Shown here one piece after another: positions 19,019 to 27,536 of a DNA stretch of 43,632 bases. The translations under genes and the position numbers were made by a program. The DNA is from Clostridia bacterium. GTDB taxonomy: Bacteria; Bacillota; Clostridia; Christensenellales; UBA1242. The number at the start of each line of letters is the position of its first letter. Positions within the stretch are counted from its first letter, which is position 1. The notes under the pieces were generated by a model, which was given only the letters and a program-made list of their open reading frames with translations, was not told the DNA's origin and made no database searches. Location of the stretch: positions 1-43,632 of the forward strand of contig JAZRVA010000025.1 of the NCBI GenBank assembly GCA_045598865.1, written 5' to 3'.

Positions 19019-19447
19019 ATGGATATTTATCAAATATTTTGTTTAATTTTAATAGGCATATGCCTAATTCAATTTGTAGTTTTTTGCTTTATTAACAGTA
19101 AATACAGCAAATTGTTAAAATCTTTAAGTCAAAACGAAGTGGACAAAACCCTAAACAAACACGGGGTTCGATACACTCAAACCCAAAACATTGTTGGCGA
19201 AGACGGCCAAATGAATGTTTCTTTTTCTAGCGAAGATATTTTGCTTATGCAAAACCAAACAGAAACAGTGGGCAAAAAAAGCAAAATTAAACCAGGCAAA
19301 TATACCCTTCTTTCAACAGAAGATAAGGTTGATGCCTTTAACATGAAACTTGGCACTTATGTGAAGGAATACAAACATGGCCAAAGGGTTGTTTTGGCAG
19401 AGGGTGACGAAATCACCGCCGTTAGTTGCAATGTTATTTTAAGATAA
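19019..19447 (+). CDS. Single-pass membrane protein, unknown function
   Basis: N-terminal TM segment (IFCLILIGICLIQFVVFCFI) followed by about 110 aa of soluble sequence. Strong SD GAGGAG. The stop is 13 nt before the SPFH gene. Confidence 0.55.
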   Translation: MDIYQIFCLILIGICLIQFVVFCFINSKYSKLLKSLSQNEVDKTLNKHGVRYTQTQNIVGEDGQMNVSFSSEDILLMQNQTETVGKKSKIKPGKYTLLSTEDKVDAFNMKLGTYVKEYKHGQRVVLAEGDEITAVSCNVILR

Positions 19448-19460
19448 GGAGAAATAAAAA

Positions 19461-20519
19461 ATGGGACTATTTAACTTTATAAAATCACAAACTTTAAAAA
19501 ATATAGATTGGCTAGACGATTCAAGTAATACAATGGTTTACAAATTTCCTATGGAAGGCAGACAAATCATGATTGGTTCAAAATTAACTGTAAGGGAGTC
19601 GCAAGTGGCAATCTTTATGGTTAAGGGTAAAATTGCCGATGTTTTCAAGCCAGGAATTCACACTTTAATTGTAAGCAACCTACCAATTCTTTCTTCGCTA
19701 CTTGCTTGGCCAAGAGGGTTTAAATCTCCTTTCACCGCAGATGTTTTCTTCATAAACACAAAGCAATTCACAAACCAAAAATGGGGCACATCAAATCCTA
19801 TAACAATGAGAGATAAAGAGTTTGGTTCGATAAGATTAAGGGGCTATGGTAACTATGCCTTCAAGGTTAAAGAGCCAGTTACTTTCTTAAAAGAATTGTT
19901 TGGCACAAATTCAAATTTCACAACAGAAAGTGTTTCAGATTACTTAAAAAGTTTCTTGGTTGCAGGAATATCCGACACAATTGCAGAATCCAAAATCAGC
20001 GCACTTGACCTTGCTTGCAACCTGTTAGAATTTAACAAAGTTGTAAAAAATCAAATTTCCCACCACTTTGAAGAACTTGGCCTAGAACTTACAAACCTAG
20101 TTATCGAAAATATTTCCTTCCCAGAGCAAGTAGAAAAGGCCATCGACATGCAATCTTCTATGGGCGTATTAAAAAACAATATGGATACTTACCTAAAATA
20201 CAAATCCGCCGAAGCAATTGGTGAAGCCGCCAAAAATCCTGGCACTGCTGGCATGGGCGTTCAGTTTGGAGCTGGCATGGCAATGGGCGAAATTGTAAAA
20301 GAATCCTTAAAATCTGGCACAAAATCAGGTGAAGAATCAAACAAAGAAGAAAAATCTAAATTTTGCCCAGATTGTGGTGCAAAAAACCCATTAAACGCAA
20401 AGTTCTGTGTTGAGTGTGGTAAAAAATTGGCAGTTAACAAATCTGTTTGCCCAAATTGTGGCGAAAAGATTACAGAAAAAGCAAAATTTTGCTCCAAGTG
20501 CGGAACAAAACTTAACTAA
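19461..20519 (+). CDS. SPFH-domain protein of the COG4260 / YdjI ('virion core protein-like') type, with two C-terminal zinc ribbons
   Basis: The N-terminus MGLFNFIKSQ..IDWLDD...V.ESQ.A.F..GK.ADVF.PG is YdjI-like. The tail carries CPDCG-x9-CVECG and CPNCG-x9-CSKCG. SD AAGGAG is present. Confidence 0.75.
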   Translation: MGLFNFIKSQTLKNIDWLDDSSNTMVYKFPMEGRQIMIGSKLTVRESQVAIFMVKGKIADVFKPGIHTLIVSNLPILSSLLAWPRGFKSPFTADVFFINTKQFTNQKWGTSNPITMRDKEFGSIRLRGYGNYAFKVKEPVTFLKELFGTNSNFTTESVSDYLKSFLVAGISDTIAESKISALDLACNLLEFNKVVKNQISHHFEELGLELTNLVIENISFPEQVEKAIDMQSSMGVLKNNMDTYLKYKSAEAIGEAAKNPGTAGMGVQFGAGMAMGEIVKESLKSGTKSGEESNKEEKSKFCPDCGAKNPLNAKFCVECGKKLAVNKSVCPNCGEKITEKAKFCSKCGTKLN

Positions 20520-20535
20520 CAAAATACAAAAAAAT

Positions 20536-20563
20536 AAAAAAAGATAGGTCACCTATCTTTTTT
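20536..20563 (+). terminator. Intrinsic terminator (possibly partial read-through)
   Basis: AAAAAAGATAGG, 3-nt loop, CCTATCTTTTTT. Confidence 0.6.
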
Positions 20564-20584
20564 GCTAAAAGGAAAACTCTTTTT

Positions 20585-21607
20585 ATGTCAAACAACATAT
20601 GCGACTCTTGTGGCGCAGAACTTGCTTATAACTTCCGCGTTGGCGAACTAAAATGTTGCAAATGCGGCAAAATAATAACTTTCCCAACTCAAAAAGTTGA
20701 AACCGAAAAGAAAGATTTTACATCAAACAGTTCAATTAAGCAAAACCAAAGCGAAAAATTAACATACAAGTGTGAAAATTGTGGACGCACTAGCGTTGTA
20801 AAACGCAACACAGATTCATTAAAATGTGAACATTGCGGCTCTGGAAACTTAATTAGGGTTTCAAAATTAGATTATGTCCCAGACGGAATAATTCCTTTTA
20901 CTCTCAACCAAAAAGAAGCAAAAACTTGTTTTTTAAACTGGATTAAAAAGAAAAAATTTTTACCAAAAAATTTAAAAACAAAAATTTCAAAAAGTTTGTT
21001 TGAGGCAAAATACATGCCTATTTTTAGTTACGACTTTGACATTTCAACCCATTATTATGGCACCGGCATAAATTATAGTTACGACGCAAACAACAACCAA
21101 ATAACACATGTAAACACCTTTGATAAAACTGTTTGCGATGGCTATACGGATTATGTGGAAAGCGCAAACCCTGCCATTAATTCCAGCCTTTTAAAAACTT
21201 TTTCAAATTACAATTTTGACGATTTGTGCGTTTTTAGAACGGAATTCTTGTATAGCCTGCAAGCTTTGGAAACAACTTCGGATCTCCAACAAAACTGCGA
21301 GTTTGTTAAAGGAAAAATCAAATATTCAATAGAATCCAAAATACGCAACTCTCTTAATTATGACAACATAAAAAGTTTTAATTGCCAAACAACATTCACA
21401 AAAACGACATATAATTACTTGTATGTTCCCGTTTGGTTTCATAGTTTTGTTTATAAAAACAAAACTTATTCCTTTTTTATAAACGGCGCAACTGGCAAGG
21501 TTGGGGGCAGTGTTCCAAGGGCAATCTCAAAAATTTTACTAACAATTTTTGGTTTTATTTTGGGAGCCGCCGCCATAGGTCTTTTAATATTCCTGCTTTG
21601 CCGCTAA
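20585..21607 (+). CDS. Double zinc-ribbon protein with C-terminal TM anchor (YdjG-like)
   Basis: Contains CDSCG-x13-CCKCG and CENCG-x14-CEHCG. The C-terminal TM segment is ILLTIFGFILGAAAIGLLIFLLC. At 340 aa it is close to the roughly 341 aa I recall for B. subtilis YdjG. Confidence 0.55.
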   Translation: MSNNICDSCGAELAYNFRVGELKCCKCGKIITFPTQKVETEKKDFTSNSSIKQNQSEKLTYKCENCGRTSVVKRNTDSLKCEHCGSGNLIRVSKLDYVPDGIIPFTLNQKEAKTCFLNWIKKKKFLPKNLKTKISKSLFEAKYMPIFSYDFDISTHYYGTGINYSYDANNNQITHVNTFDKTVCDGYTDYVESANPAINSSLLKTFSNYNFDDLCVFRTEFLYSLQALETTSDLQQNCEFVKGKIKYSIESKIRNSLNYDNIKSFNCQTTFTKTTYNYLYVPVWFHSFVYKNKTYSFFINGATGKVGGSVPRAISKILLTIFGFILGAAAIGLLIFLLCR

Positions 21608-21829
21608 AATTTTGCCTATTTGATAGGCTTTATTTTTGTATTTTTTCACCCTATTTTCTCTCTATTTCTTCTCACTTAATTTTTTATCTCACTCTATTTT
21701 TTAATAAAAATTATTTTGATTTTTAAAAATTTTTTGCAAGTGTTTCATAGCTTTATTACGTAATAAAAATAAAGTTCTTTTTTGCCGTTTTTTAAAATAT
21801 AAATATAAAAAATCCACATAGGAGGTTTT

Positions 21830-22126
21830 ATGGAAATTTTAAAAAACGAAAATGCTTTGGCAGAAAAATCTTTCGATTCTTCAACCTTAACCCTAAAAAA
21901 CCGCAACGAATTAGATATAACTGGCGTAGAAAAAGTGTATGAGGCCACCCAACAAAAATTTCAGTTAAAATCAGCAGGCGAAAACATTGTGGTTTTAGGT
22001 AACAACCTAAGTGTAACTCAACTTAACGTAGAGGAAGGTTTTATAAAAATAACCGGCGAAGTAAGCGACATCAGGTTTGCACAAGTTCAAAACAACAAAA
22101 ACTTTTTAAAGCGAATTTTCAAATAA
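21830..22126 (+). CDS. yabP: Sporulation protein YabP
   Basis: 98 aa. Contains L.L.NR..L.ITGV..V and LSV..LNVEEG.I.I.G.V. SD AGGAGG is present. Confidence 0.8.
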   Translation: MEILKNENALAEKSFDSSTLTLKNRNELDITGVEKVYEATQQKFQLKSAGENIVVLGNNLSVTQLNVEEGFIKITGEVSDIRFAQVQNNKNFLKRIFK

Positions 22127-22127
22127 A

Positions 22128-22511
22128 ATGTTTTTGTTTTCCTCCTTTACCCACCCACAAATTTTATTACTTTTCTTGTATTTGGGGCTTTTGTTTGGCA
22201 CCGTATTCTACTCTTTTTGTTGTTTAACAAGCTTGTTTAATTTTAAAAAAGTGGTTGTTAACAAGACATTCAAATCAATTTCAATTATTTTAAAATGTTT
22301 TTTGTTGTTCCTTTTGTTCTTTTTAACTTTTATAACAAACCTTAACTTAAATTGGGGCTATTCAAGTTTTTGGTTTTTGTTGGTTTTTATTGTTGGCTTT
22401 TGCCTGTCTTATGTGTTTGTTAAAACGCTTGCCAATTTTGTTTTCACTTTCTATAATAAACACATAAAAGGTAAATTTAAACATGGAAGAAAAAGAGCCA
22501 TCAAAAACTAA
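22128..22511 (+). CDS. yabQ: YabQ-like spore cortex membrane protein
   Basis: 127-aa polytopic membrane protein starting 1 nt after the yabP stop. The call rests on position and architecture. Confidence 0.5.
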   Translation: MFLFSSFTHPQILLLFLYLGLLFGTVFYSFCCLTSLFNFKKVVVNKTFKSISIILKCFLLFLLFFLTFITNLNLNWGYSSFWFLLVFIVGFCLSYVFVKTLANFVFTFYNKHIKGKFKHGRKRAIKN

Positions 22512-22665
22512 AAAAATTTTGCTTATTTGCATGTTCGCAATAATAATAGCCATTTTTTTGTGTGCCATAATCTATCAGTTTGTTTTAATAAAAAATTTGG
22601 AATACAAGATAGACCAGCTAAATTCTGCCTCAAATTTCATAGTAAAAATCACTAATATTTTGTAG
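22483..22665 (+). CDS. Short bitopic protein, possible DivIC/FtsB-like septation factor
   Basis: 60 aa with one TM segment followed by a short heptad-like stretch (IKNLEYKIDQLN). It sits where divIC sits in the B. subtilis yabP-yabQ-divIC order. The SD is weak. Confidence 0.35.
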   Translation: MEEKEPSKTKKILLICMFAIIIAIFLCAIIYQFVLIKNLEYKIDQLNSASNFIVKITNIL

Positions 22666-22681
22666 AAAAACTTGCAAAAAG

Positions 22682-22710
22682 TTGACTATTTTCAGTAATA
22701 TTTTTATAAT
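22682..22710 (+). promoter_or_regulatory. Near-consensus sigma-70 promoter
   Basis: TTGACT, 17-nt spacer, TATAAT. Confidence 0.55.
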
Positions 22711-22745
22711 ATACACATATATTTTTAAAAAAGGGGAAAATCAAT

Positions 22746-22967
22746 ATGGCAAAAAAACACGATTATTTTGGTTTGGGCAGAGTTGTAAGTTTAATTCTTG
22801 CAATCATACCTGTAACAAGCTGGATTTTGGGGGCATTAACCAGATTTCAAGAGAAAAAATATGTTGCAGGAATTATAAGGCTTGTTTTTGGTTGGAACGT
22901 TATTTGGATTTTAGATATTGTTTTTATGGCTCTATACAAAAATATTGCCAGACTTCTTAATGTCTAA
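22746..22967 (+). CDS. Small two-TM membrane protein, unknown function
   Basis: 73 aa with SD AAGGGGAA, its own promoter and its own terminator. Confidence 0.55.
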   Translation: MAKKHDYFGLGRVVSLILAIIPVTSWILGALTRFQEKKYVAGIIRLVFGWNVIWILDIVFMALYKNIARLLNV

Positions 22968-22979
22968 TAAAAAACAAAA

Positions 22980-23010
22980 AAGAGGTTGCTTTGTGCAAAC
23001 TCTTTTTTTA
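22980..23010 (+). terminator. Intrinsic terminator
   Basis: AGAGGTTGC / GCAAACTCT (one mismatch) followed by TTTTTTT. Confidence 0.55.
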
Positions 23011-23176
23011 TTCTTTTAAATCTTTTCTAGTTAAATTTTAAAAGTTTTTAATTATTTTAATTGTCTTTTAATTTTATAACAAAAATTTTTAATCGCTTCA
23101 ATTTATCTACTAACGTAATAATAAAATATTTTTTGATTTAAAACTATTTGTAAATGTTGTAAAAACAATAATTTGT

Positions 23177-24397
23177 TTAATAAAGTTTATTATTCTGCAA
23201 ATAGTCAACCAGCATTTTTCTTGTGTTTTCCTCGTTTAGCGGAATTGCCACTGTGCAAGAGGCAAACATGCCACCAATCAAAAAGAACGCTGGCATCATC
23301 ATAACAGGCGAGATCGCCGCAAACAAATATGCCACAAACTGAGCAGTTCTTGATGCCTGCGCACGGCACCTAAGAGCCAAATTGCTAACCCCCATTATTT
23401 TGCACCTTGTCATCATTCTGGAATAGCAAAATATGCTAATAAACGAATATAAAAACCCAATTATTGCGAAAAACACAATTTCTACAACAATAAAGTTTGC
23501 CAAAAATGGAACCAAACAAACCACAATGCCAGAAATCAAACAACTCAACATAACAGAAGCGGTTAAATCAATCTTGTCATCCAGTTTCCCGGCAACATAG
23601 CACCCAAACCCAAACATTGCATAAAATGCCGCTTGAATGTAAGAAACAAATTGGTAACTTTCCGCACTAACTTTAAACATATATAAACTTAAAACCGGCA
23701 TTAGTGCATCATAAAAACAAAACAAAAAGTAAATAACAAAATATTTGTGCAAAAGTTTTTTGCTAATAACATCTTGTTGATGTTTTTTTATTCTAATCTT
23801 TTTAAAGCTTTCAACCGCATTAGAAACCGCCTCTTTGTTAAACCCACTGCTCTTTCTTTGCAAAACGTAATAAATCAAAAGCGGAATAACCGAAATAATA
23901 TAACTGCCACAGGCAATCAAAATAACATAAATTTTTGGCAAATCGTCCAGCAAAAGACCGCCAATAATTATCGCCAAAATTACTCCCACATATTCAAACA
24001 CCCTAGAAAGCCCGTTGCTAGAAGAACCCTTGTTTAATGCGCTATAACTAAACACCACTTCCGTTGGAATGTCTTTAAACGCAACATCAAACCCGTGAAA
24101 AATTGCAGATAAAACAACCCCTAACACAACATAATCTGTATCAAGCAATAAAACAGATAAAGAGTATAACAAAAATGGCACAAGCCTTAAAACCAAAAAA
24201 ATTTGTGGTTTTTTGTGAAACAAATTGTAAAAAATTTTTGTAATAACAATCCTCAGCACCATAGAGGCCGCCATAAACAAAAATGCCAGCGAAAAACTAC
24301 CTGTGCTTTGGTATATAATAAGCGCAATAAAAGCCCCCACTAAGTTGGCAGAAAATTGAGCAAGCACCTTATGAAAATTTAAAAGTTTTAGTTGCAT
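23177..24397 (-). CDS. MFS-type transporter
   Basis: 406 aa with about 12 hydrophobic segments. SD AAGGAG is present. The family call rests on architecture only. Confidence 0.6.
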   Translation of the reverse strand: MQLKLLNFHKVLAQFSANLVGAFIALIIYQSTGSFSLAFLFMAASMVLRIVITKIFYNLFHKKPQIFLVLRLVPFLLYSLSVLLLDTDYVVLGVVLSAIFHGFDVAFKDIPTEVVFSYSALNKGSSSNGLSRVFEYVGVILAIIIGGLLLDDLPKIYVILIACGSYIISVIPLLIYYVLQRKSSGFNKEAVSNAVESFKKIRIKKHQQDVISKKLLHKYFVIYFLFCFYDALMPVLSLYMFKVSAESYQFVSYIQAAFYAMFGFGCYVAGKLDDKIDLTASVMLSCLISGIVVCLVPFLANFIVVEIVFFAIIGFLYSFISIFCYSRMMTRCKIMGVSNLALRCRAQASRTAQFVAYLFAAISPVMMMPAFFLIGGMFASCTVAIPLNEENTRKMLVDYLQNNKLY

Positions 24398-24442
24398 AAA
24401 AACTCCTTAATTTACTACGCAAAAATTTTACTAAAAAAAATA

Positions 24443-24470
24443 TTGAAAATCAAACAAATAGATATATAAT
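24443..24470 (+). promoter_or_regulatory. Promoter placed for a leaderless queH transcript
   Basis: TTGAAA, 16-nt spacer, TATAAT, then 6 nt (taaaat), then the queH ATG. There is no SD. Confidence 0.5.
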
Positions 24471-24476
24471 TAAAAT

Positions 24477-25022
24477 ATGAAAAAGAAAAATTTGTTGCTT
24501 CACAGTTGCTGTGGCCCATGTAGTACCAGTGTTATAGATAGGTTAGAAAAAGATTATAACCTAACCATTTTTTATTATAACCCAAACATCTACCCACAAG
24601 AAGAATATTCAAAACGCCTTACCGAGCAAAAAAAATATATTTTGGAAAGTAAAAAAAATATTAAAGTAATAGATGGAACATATGAGGACCACGAACATTT
24701 CGAAAGTGTTTTTGCAGGCCTAGAAAACTGTAAAGAGGGTGGCGCAAGGTGCGAAAAGTGCATATTTGAACGCCTTAAAAAAACTGCCGAAATGGCAGCA
24801 AAAAATAATTTTGACATTTTTGCAACAACACTAAGCGTTAGCCCACACAAAAACGCGACCCTAATTAACAATATTGGGCAAGAACTTTCAAAACAATTTA
24901 ACGTAGAATATCTGCCATCAGATTTTAAAAAGCAAGATGGCTACCTAAAAAGCATTCGACTTTCAAAACAATATAATCTATACAGGCAAAATTATTGCGG
25001 GTGCAAATATTCAATGCACTAA
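24477..25022 (+). CDS. queH: Epoxyqueuosine reductase QueH (DUF208)
   Basis: N-terminal LLHSCCGPCS and C-terminal NYCGC cysteine motifs. Confidence 0.85.
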   Translation: MKKKNLLLHSCCGPCSTSVIDRLEKDYNLTIFYYNPNIYPQEEYSKRLTEQKKYILESKKNIKVIDGTYEDHEHFESVFAGLENCKEGGARCEKCIFERLKKTAEMAAKNNFDIFATTLSVSPHKNATLINNIGQELSKQFNVEYLPSDFKKQDGYLKSIRLSKQYNLYRQNYCGCKYSMH

Positions 25023-25026
25023 TTTT

Positions 25027-27438
25027 TTATACTCTTTTTTCCTTATTTTCAAATAGTTTTTCAAGCACCCATTTTAATAAAATATACAAAGCAAATATTG
25101 CCACAAGCGCAACTGCAATAAAGGTATATTCCGCATTGCCCAGCGTAACATAATTAAAAAACCCTTTTGGAATAATTAAAAACGCCAGCAAACACAAAAC
25201 AAGTGCCCCAAAGGCAATGCACCCCCTAAACAAATCAAGTGGCAAACAAAGAACTAATAAAATAAAGAACGCCCCAAATGTTACAGTGTAAGAAATAAGC
25301 GTTGCAACGGCCTGCATGTTGTTGGTTTTTGCCAGAAACACATAACACGCTATGCTAGATAAAAACAAAACAAGTGCACCCGGCAAAGCCTTAGATGTTA
25401 AACTGTCAATAAAAGAGCCCTTAACCCGATCATTGTTTGCTTGAAGTGCCAAGAAAAATGCTGGTATTCCCAAAAACAAACTTTCCCACAACAAAATCTG
25501 GTTCGGTTGCAGTGGAAATTGCACGTTTGGTGAAATCAAAACAAAAATTGTTAAAAACATCATAAAAAATGTTTTTGTTAAAAATAGCGAAGAAGATTTT
25601 GAAATGTTGTTAATAACTCTTCTGCCCTCCGCCACAATCTTTGGCATGGCAGAAAATTTGTCATTAAGCATCACCAAGTTAGAGGCGCTTCTTGTTGCCT
25701 CACTTCCGCTTGCCATGGCAATAGAGCAATCAGCCTCCTTCAAAGCCAAAATGTCATTAACTCCGTCCCCAGTCATGGCCACCCTAAGCCCACTCTCTCT
25801 AAGGGATTTTACAAGCAAACATTTTTGTTCAGGCGAAACCCTACCAAAAACATTATATTTTGTGGCGGCAGCCCTGACTTCTTCATCTGTTTTACCATAC
25901 AAATTTATGCATTTCTCGGCGTTTTTAACCCCAACCTTCTTGCTTATGTTGCATACAGTGTCCACATTGTCGCCCGAAATTATTTTAATCTGCACGTCGT
26001 TTTCGTTAAACCATTTTATTGTTTCTTGTGCGTCATCTCTTATGTTATCTTGCAAAACAACAAGAGCAACAGGGGTGGAATTATTGCTTATTTTATCGCC
26101 CTTTATTACTTCCTTATTTTTACAAAGCATCACAACCCTAAACCCTTTGCTTGTAAAGTCGCCCACCAACTTTTGTTGTTCGCTATTTAAGTTTTTGCAA
26201 ACAAATTCTGGCGCGCCTAGCATGTAAGTTAAGCTATTTTCAAACACAACTGCCGAAAATTTTCTTTCACTACTAAATTCAATTATTTTTCCCGGTTTAA
26301 ACTTTTTGTCCTCTCCAAAATAATCTTTTAAAGCCTTCTGTGTTTGGTTGTTGGCCCTCGTGGCAAAAATATATTTTGCCATAATATCCTTAACATTTTC
26401 CACAGTCTCATCAAAACAAATAATATTAACGGTTTTCATTGTTCCATCCGTTATTGTTCCAGTTTTGTCAAGGCACAATACATTTGCACGCGCCAACATC
26501 TCAACAGAGTATAAATCCTGCACCAAAGTTTTGTGCTTTGCCAGTTTAATCACACCAACCACCAGCGAAACACTGGTTAACAAAAACATTCCCACAGGCA
26601 TCATGCCAATAATAGAACCCGAAGTTTTAATAATGGCATCTCTTGTCTGCCACCCGTTTGCCGACAAATCAACATACGTCAAAACTCCCAGCGGCACCAG
26701 CAAAAACCCAATAACCTTTATAACAAAGTTAAGCGTCTTCAAAATGTCGCTCTTATTCTTTTTAAAAACCCTTGCCTTTTTAATAAGTGTGGAAGAATAA
26801 CTCTCCATACCCACCTTTGTTGCCACCGCTTTGCACCAACCGCTCACCACAAAACTCCCACCATATAAAAAGGATTTTTCTTGTTTTTTAACAGGTTTGC
26901 TTTCCCCGGTTAACAAACTCTCGTTTGCCTCCAAATTTCCTTCCAACACCTCGCAGTCGCAGCAAATTTGGTCGCCTGCATAAAAAAACAATACGTCGCC
27001 TTCTACAACCTGCTCAATGTCGATTTTCTGTTTTTTGTTGTCACGTAGAACTTCAACCTTTTTGGCCACAAAAACAGAAATTTTGTCCACGATATTCTTG
27101 GCCTTAACCTCTTGCACAATACCAATTAAAAGGTTGCACAAAAAAATAACCAAAAACAAAATGTTTTCCCAGCTGTTTACCGCAATCAAAACCCCAGCAA
27201 TTAAAAAACAAATCAAATTAAACCATGTAAAAACGTTGCCAACAAAAATTTGCAAATAGGTTTTAGAGGTCTTTGTGCAAAGTTTGTTTGTTTTGCCAGC
27301 CTTTTCTTTCTGCTCAACTTCAAACTTTGTCAGTCCACCAGCATATGTAACACTAACGGCTTTCTTTTCATTTTTCTTAACATTAATTCTAGTATTTTTT
27401 TTAATCTTGTCGTCCATAATTTTTATTTCTTTTTTCAT
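25027..27438 (-). CDS. Cation-translocating P-type ATPase (HAD-IC type)
   Basis: Contains TGES, DKTGTIT and MTGDGVNDILALKEAD. The TM4 motif reads PVGM instead of PEGL. Confidence 0.85.
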   Translation of the reverse strand: MKKEIKIMDDKIKKNTRINVKKNEKKAVSVTYAGGLTKFEVEQKEKAGKTNKLCTKTSKTYLQIFVGNVFTWFNLICFLIAGVLIAVNSWENILFLVIFLCNLLIGIVQEVKAKNIVDKISVFVAKKVEVLRDNKKQKIDIEQVVEGDVLFFYAGDQICCDCEVLEGNLEANESLLTGESKPVKKQEKSFLYGGSFVVSGWCKAVATKVGMESYSSTLIKKARVFKKNKSDILKTLNFVIKVIGFLLVPLGVLTYVDLSANGWQTRDAIIKTSGSIIGMMPVGMFLLTSVSLVVGVIKLAKHKTLVQDLYSVEMLARANVLCLDKTGTITDGTMKTVNIICFDETVENVKDIMAKYIFATRANNQTQKALKDYFGEDKKFKPGKIIEFSSERKFSAVVFENSLTYMLGAPEFVCKNLNSEQQKLVGDFTSKGFRVVMLCKNKEVIKGDKISNNSTPVALVVLQDNIRDDAQETIKWFNENDVQIKIISGDNVDTVCNISKKVGVKNAEKCINLYGKTDEEVRAAATKYNVFGRVSPEQKCLLVKSLRESGLRVAMTGDGVNDILALKEADCSIAMASGSEATRSASNLVMLNDKFSAMPKIVAEGRRVINNISKSSSLFLTKTFFMMFLTIFVLISPNVQFPLQPNQILLWESLFLGIPAFFLALQANNDRVKGSFIDSLTSKALPGALVLFLSSIACYVFLAKTNNMQAVATLISYTVTFGAFFILLVLCLPLDLFRGCIAFGALVLCLLAFLIIPKGFFNYVTLGNAEYTFIAVALVAIFALYILLKWVLEKLFENKEKRV

Positions 27439-27536
27439 ATTGTTATTTTACCAAATCCGCAAATTATTTGCCACTTTTATTGCATTGTTTGCAAAAAAAA
27501 CTTTAATTATTTATTCAAAAAATATATAATAGTAGT

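Noticed and set aside
21745-21948. 67-aa minus-strand ORF overlapping the yabP start.
   Set aside because: It overlaps the SD-supported yabP gene in antisense, has no SD, and gives an implausible hydrophobic low-complexity product.
24398-24476. A preQ1 riboswitch upstream of queH, and likewise upstream of the VUT-like gene (30736-30820).
   Set aside because: I found no small hairpin followed by an A-rich tail that pairs with the loop or contains the SD. The promoter -10 elements sit only 6 nt (queH) and about 24 nt (VUT-like gene) from the start codons, which leaves no room for an aptamer.
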